A stretch of 64,000 bases of DNA, from positions 18,407-82,406 of the IMG/VR virus record IMGVR_UViG_3300012269_000002. One strand, written 5' to 3'. Position numbers and translations under genes: made by a program. Each line of letters opens with the position of its first letter. Position 1 is the stretch's first letter. The DNA comes from a virus. Lineage: Duplodnaviria; Heunggongvirae; Uroviricota; Caudoviricetes. The notes below the pieces were generated by a model. That model saw only the letters and a list, made by a program, of their open reading frames with translations. It did not search any database and had not been told where the DNA came from. Shown here piece after piece: positions 60,367 through 64,000 of the stretch.

Positions 60367-60450
60367 ATGGACAATATTTTAATTAATTTATTTAGGGGAT
60401 TTTTAGGTGAATGCCACAGTCACAATGATGACAGTGGTCAATATTCATTT
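60367..60450 (+). pseudogene. Relic 5' end of the primase gene
   Basis: MDNILINLFRGFLGECHSHNDDSGQYSF vs primase MDNIILNIFRSFLGEPHEHNEESGQTSW (18/28 identical). Confidence 0.85.
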
Positions 60451-61293
60451 ATTAACCACATTCCAAATTGTTGATTTACTAATATTAAATAAATCAGCTA
60501 ATTTTCTGGTTGAATAATAACCAGTTTTATATAGATTTATAATTTCTTTTTTAATTGTATCAGTTAATTTAGTTTTTTCATTTGAAGAAAAATACACCCA
60601 CTTAAACCCAATACATATTTTAGTTCTACCATTACAAACTGAACTAATTCTAGATGGGTCGATATTATAATTATTAGCTGCATCAGTTAAACTATCCCAT
60701 AGTTTAATTGTATTACCATCAGTATCTAACTGGTAAACTTTTCTTTTATTTAACGCTGGTTTACCTTTTTTTATGTTGGATAATTTATTTTTAGTTTCAC
60801 TTGAATGACCAACCCCAGTTTTAGTTTTTATAAGTTTAATTATAGTTTCACTATAATGTTTTTCACCAGTATGTGAAATGGACATCATTTTTTTAGTTTC
60901 ATCAGAATGTTTATTACCTAAGTTATATTTATTACCCTTATGAATTTTAGATAATTTCATTTTTGTTTCGTCTGAATGCTTAAAACCTAACATGTTATTA
61001 GCAAAGCCACATATATTATATGTTTTATCTTTATCAAATGGTTTCATAACATCTAAATGATATTGTTCACGTATTAATAGGTCGGTAACATTTTCAATAA
61101 TTTCGATTATATTAAACTCAAAATTATTTTCACCATATTTGTTCCAAGATTTTTGCAAATAATCATTATCATGAATACCCTTTCTAAGTGTACGTTTATG
61201 GTCATACCATCTTTTAGTTATATTAATTGAACTACCAATATAAAATTTACCGTTTTTTATATTTATTATCCTATATATACCTATTTTATTCAT
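60445..61293 (-). CDS. GIY-YIG homing endonuclease (NUMOD3, NUMOD1, C-terminal HTH)
   Basis: GIYRIIN...KFYIGSS..I.KRW..H...LQ.SWNKYG..NF.F.I.E...EQ..LD...YN; HSDETK repeats; STRKLADLFNISKSTIWNVV. Confidence 0.9.
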   Translation of the reverse strand: MNKIGIYRIINIKNGKFYIGSSINITKRWYDHKRTLRKGIHDNDYLQKSWNKYGENNFEFNIIEIIENVTDLLIREQYHLDVMKPFDKDKTYNICGFANNMLGFKHSDETKMKLSKIHKGNKYNLGNKHSDETKKMMSISHTGEKHYSETIIKLIKTKTGVGHSSETKNKLSNIKKGKPALNKRKVYQLDTDGNTIKLWDSLTDAANNYNIDPSRISSVCNGRTKICIGFKWVYFSSNEKTKLTDTIKKEIINLYKTGYYSTRKLADLFNISKSTIWNVVNK

Positions 61294-61438
61294 TTTCTTT
61301 TATATGTGTTTCTAACAACTCCCCAATTAATTTAGATTTATTATTTGTGATTTTATTTAACTGGTCATTTAAGTCTTTATCCAAAGTTATACTAACTTTT
61401 ATTTTCTTATCACTTTCATTTAATTTTGGTCTTCCCAT
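61286..61438 (-). CDS. 50-aa ribbon-helix-helix-like DNA-binding protein (not in ORF track)
   Basis: MGRPKLNESDKKIKVSITLDKDLNDQLNKITNNKSKLIGELLETHIKENE*. Its end overlaps the endonuclease ATG, and TATTTAT lies upstream (61460-61454). Confidence 0.7.
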   Translation of the reverse strand: MGRPKLNESDKKIKVSITLDKDLNDQLNKITNNKSKLIGELLETHIKENE

Positions 61439-61526
61439 ATTATATCTTTATTAATAAATATCTATAAAAATAATAAAAATAGCTTTTTTATAGCATTTTT
61501 AAAAAAAAAGTTATATATTTGTAAAC

Positions 61527-62489
61527 ATGGATAATATCATACTTAACATATTTAGAAGTTTTTTAGGGGAGCCACATGAACACAATGAAGAAAGTGGTCA
61601 AACAAGTTGGGATTGTCCAGCTTGTGCTGAGGATAAGGGACTTCCTATGGGTCAAGGTGATGGTAGACATAAATTAGCGATTAATTATAAACGTGGTATA
61701 TTTAAGTGTTGGGTTTGTAACTACCAAAACAACATGTACGGTAAAATACCTAAATTAATCAAACGATACGGTAATAAAAAAATACTAAAGGATTATTTAT
61801 TACTTAAACCAGAGAATGATTATCAACCGAACCTAAATGATATACAAGCAACGGTTGTACATTTACCCGATGGCTTTAAAAAACTTAGTGAGTGCACTGG
61901 TAGTGAGTATAAATATTCACACGCATATTATTATCTAATAGATAGAGGATTTACTGATGAAATAATTAAAGAATTTAATATAGGTTTTACTACTTATGGT
62001 AAATTTAGGAACAGGGTCATAATCCCATCATACGATGAGGTAGGTGATTTAAATTATTTCGTTGGTAGGGCTTGGGACGATTTCAATAAACCAAAATATA
62101 ATAACCCAGATGCTGAAAAACAAGCGATTATCTTTAATGAGGATAAGATTAATTGGGATTCTACAATATATTTGGTAGAAGGAGCCTTTGACCATATAGT
62201 AATTCCAAACTCAATACCTATACTGGGTAAAAATTTAAGTGTTAGAGTTAAACAAATGATATTAACCAAGTCCAGAGCGGATATTGTAATATTATTAGAT
62301 GAGGATGCCTACGATGATGCTATTAGAATTTATAAAGAACTTAATGTTGGTGATTTATATAATAAGATTAAGTTATGTACTCCACCGTATAAAGAAGACC
62401 CAGCTTCTATTTTTAAAAATGAAGGTAGGTCTGGTATTATAAAATTATTAAAAACTTCTAAAAGGGTTCCAGAAATTGAGTTATATTAA
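61527..62489 (+). CDS. DNA primase (zinc finger + TOPRIM)
   Basis: CPAC...CWVC, YL..RG, R..IP, YLVEGAFD, LLDEDA; TATATTTG promoter at 61514-61521. Confidence 0.9.
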   Translation: MDNIILNIFRSFLGEPHEHNEESGQTSWDCPACAEDKGLPMGQGDGRHKLAINYKRGIFKCWVCNYQNNMYGKIPKLIKRYGNKKILKDYLLLKPENDYQPNLNDIQATVVHLPDGFKKLSECTGSEYKYSHAYYYLIDRGFTDEIIKEFNIGFTTYGKFRNRVIIPSYDEVGDLNYFVGRAWDDFNKPKYNNPDAEKQAIIFNEDKINWDSTIYLVEGAFDHIVIPNSIPILGKNLSVRVKQMILTKSRADIVILLDEDAYDDAIRIYKELNVGDLYNKIKLCTPPYKEDPASIFKNEGRSGIIKLLKTSKRVPEIELY

Positions 62490-63061
62490 AAATCGTCATC
62501 GTAACCAAAATCAAAATCATCATCAGGTAAGCCGATTAAATCTTCTTCACTATCACTACTTAAGAAAGGTGTTTTACTTATAATTTTAGCCCCTAAACCT
62601 CTATTTTTTAAAGTTATTTCTTTTTCATTCGGAAATTCCATTCTATTTCTTATTGTGGCATCTACATCTATTAAGTTCTTGGGTGATTTAACTATAAGTA
62701 GAACAGGTTCACCACCACCAACATGACTTTTCTGACTGTGACTAGATGATAAATCTTTATCACTTAAAACATAGTGTGAACCTATATGTTTTGTATCAAT
62801 ACTTTCTATACTACTAACAAATACTACTCTATATAAAGTAATAGTTTGAGGTAATTTATTAAGTATATATAAAATATTTTCCAATGCCCTTTTTGCTAAG
62901 TTTGGGTTACTAAATGAAGTCTTAAGACCCAATTTTATATATTCATTTCTTAAATCATTTGTGATAGCATCTTCATTTAGAGTATATTCATCCTTTGTAG
63001 CATCTGAAACGTGATGATATTCTAAATCTTCCCTTAACCTTTGTTTTATATAATTTTTCAT
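62486..63061 (-). CDS. Hypothetical protein, possible ADP-ribosyltransferase fold
   Basis: ITLYRV...GSHYVLS...FPNEKEITL; preceded by TATTTATA on the minus strand (63083-63076). Confidence 0.45.
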   Translation of the reverse strand: MKNYIKQRLREDLEYHHVSDATKDEYTLNEDAITNDLRNEYIKLGLKTSFSNPNLAKRALENILYILNKLPQTITLYRVVFVSSIESIDTKHIGSHYVLSDKDLSSSHSQKSHVGGGEPVLLIVKSPKNLIDVDATIRNRMEFPNEKEITLKNRGLGAKIISKTPFLSSDSEEDLIGLPDDDFDFGYDDDF

Positions 63062-63084
63062 GTATTATATTTTAATATAAATAC

Positions 63085-63115
63085 TTGATATAATAGATAA
63101 AAATTAGTATATTTG
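63085..63115 (+). promoter_or_regulatory. Bacteroidota-type promoter
   Basis: TTG 63085-87, 20 nt, TATATTTG 63108-15. Confidence 0.7.
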
Positions 63116-63132
63116 CCTAAATACGTATAATT

Positions 63133-63690
63133 ATGTTGGATTTTTATTTATTAGATTTGCTAGGTAATGCCGATAATGGAAAATGGTCCGTTATCGAAAA
63201 TAGGTTGATTAGACTGGATAATCAGGATAAAGAGTTATATTTTTATGAAATCACCAACACACACCACACATCCTTTATACAGGATACCGCAAACTATATT
63301 TTAGACTTAACAACGTTTAAGTTAATTGATAATGGTATTAAAGTGCCATTGAATATAATATTCAGATATAAGTTATATGATAAGATTATTACAGTGTTCG
63401 ATGAATTTAATGATGAAAAAGAGGTAGATAATCGCCCAAATTATTTGTCTTATACTACTACCAAACGTAAACCAAATTGTAATACTAGCTCACCTGTTGA
63501 TATAGGTCAAAGTTATAAAGAAAGATATAGTGGAAGGTATATTTGGCCCTCACGTAGTACAAATGAGGTGGATAATTCGTTGACAATTAAAAAAGAAATG
63601 AATTTTAATAAATCAATCCCACAACATAAGATTAATAGAATATTACAATTAATTAGTAAGAATGAAAAACGAACCAAATACCAACTATAA
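63133..63690 (+). CDS. Hypothetical protein
   Basis: 185-aa ORF with its own promoter. Confidence 0.6.
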   Translation: MLDFYLLDLLGNADNGKWSVIENRLIRLDNQDKELYFYEITNTHHTSFIQDTANYILDLTTFKLIDNGIKVPLNIIFRYKLYDKIITVFDEFNDEKEVDNRPNYLSYTTTKRKPNCNTSSPVDIGQSYKERYSGRYIWPSRSTNEVDNSLTIKKEMNFNKSIPQHKINRILQLISKNEKRTKYQL

Positions 63691-64000
63691 AGCCGAGTTA
63701 TTAAAGATAGGTGAGGAAATAAGAAATATAATTACCGAAAAACAAAAAGAACTTGAATTAACGTTTGTTGAAGATACCCACACTTATCATATTAGAACAA
63801 AAGAGGGTGACATGACAACTAAATTTCCATCGGTATCAACTGTTATTAAACAATTCTACAATGAGTTTCCAGCACTTGAAAAATCATTCGATATGTGTAA
63901 TGGTGATATATTTGAACAAGACAAACTGTTAACCGAATGGAGGGGTACAGCGGATTATGCTAATTCTAAGGGGTCTAGGGTACATTATTTATTAGAAATG
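63662..64000 (+). CDS. 5' part of probable PD-(D/E)XK exonuclease (RecB/Cas4-like), truncated by window end
   Basis: MKNEPN...FVEDTHTY....FPSVSTVIKQF...W...A....GSRVHYLLEM, open to the end of the window. Confidence 0.6.
   Translation, partial: MKNEPNTNYKAELLKIGEEIRNIITEKQKELELTFVEDTHTYHIRTKEGDMTTKFPSVSTVIKQFYNEFPALEKSFDMCNGDIFEQDKLLTEWRGTADYANSKGSRVHYLLEM

Noticed and set aside
60367-61526. Intron interrupting the primase gene
   Set aside because: No group I/II core motifs seen; the downstream primase has its own promoter and complete start, so the upstream piece is a duplicate, not an exon.
1-64000. tRNA, rRNA, IS elements, integrase, DGR
   Set aside because: No cloverleaf or rRNA-like tracts, transposase or recombinase motifs, reverse transcriptase, or TR/VR pair noticed by eye; tRNAscan/Infernal were not run.

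Overview
This is a 64-kb slice of a very AT-rich, large contractile-tailed (myovirus/jumbo-type) phage genome. The host is most likely Bacteroidota: there are repeated TTG-N20-TATATTTG promoters, AT-rich leaders without clear Shine-Dalgarno motifs, and SprB-type repeats. Gene order: end of tail tube gene, a nuclease, tail chaperone, tape measure and baseplate hub genes (0-17.7 kb); a replication/recombination block (gp32-like SSB, RecA/UvsX, 5'-3' exonuclease, DnaB-type helicase, nrdB, nrdA; 20-34.8 kb); baseplate wedge/fibre genes (34.9-58.7 kb); then RuvC-like resolvase, two GIY-YIG endonucleases, primase and a partial exonuclease. Four things stand out. (1) nrdA must be assembled from three separately translated polypeptides and needs one group I intron, one cis intein and two split inteins; one split intein has Gly at +1, so it lacks the nucleophile needed for canonical splicing. 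(2) The helicase is also fractured by a split intein with a nuclease gene between the halves, and carries an Ala1 class-3-type intein. (3) Two converging GIY-YIG genes appear each to have replaced the end of the gene they invaded (ruvC 3' end, primase 5' start), leaving a fossil ruvC-promoter-primase junction between them. (4) There is a candidate +1/-2 frameshift in the tail chaperone gene. All assignments come from reading motifs by eye; no database searches were run.
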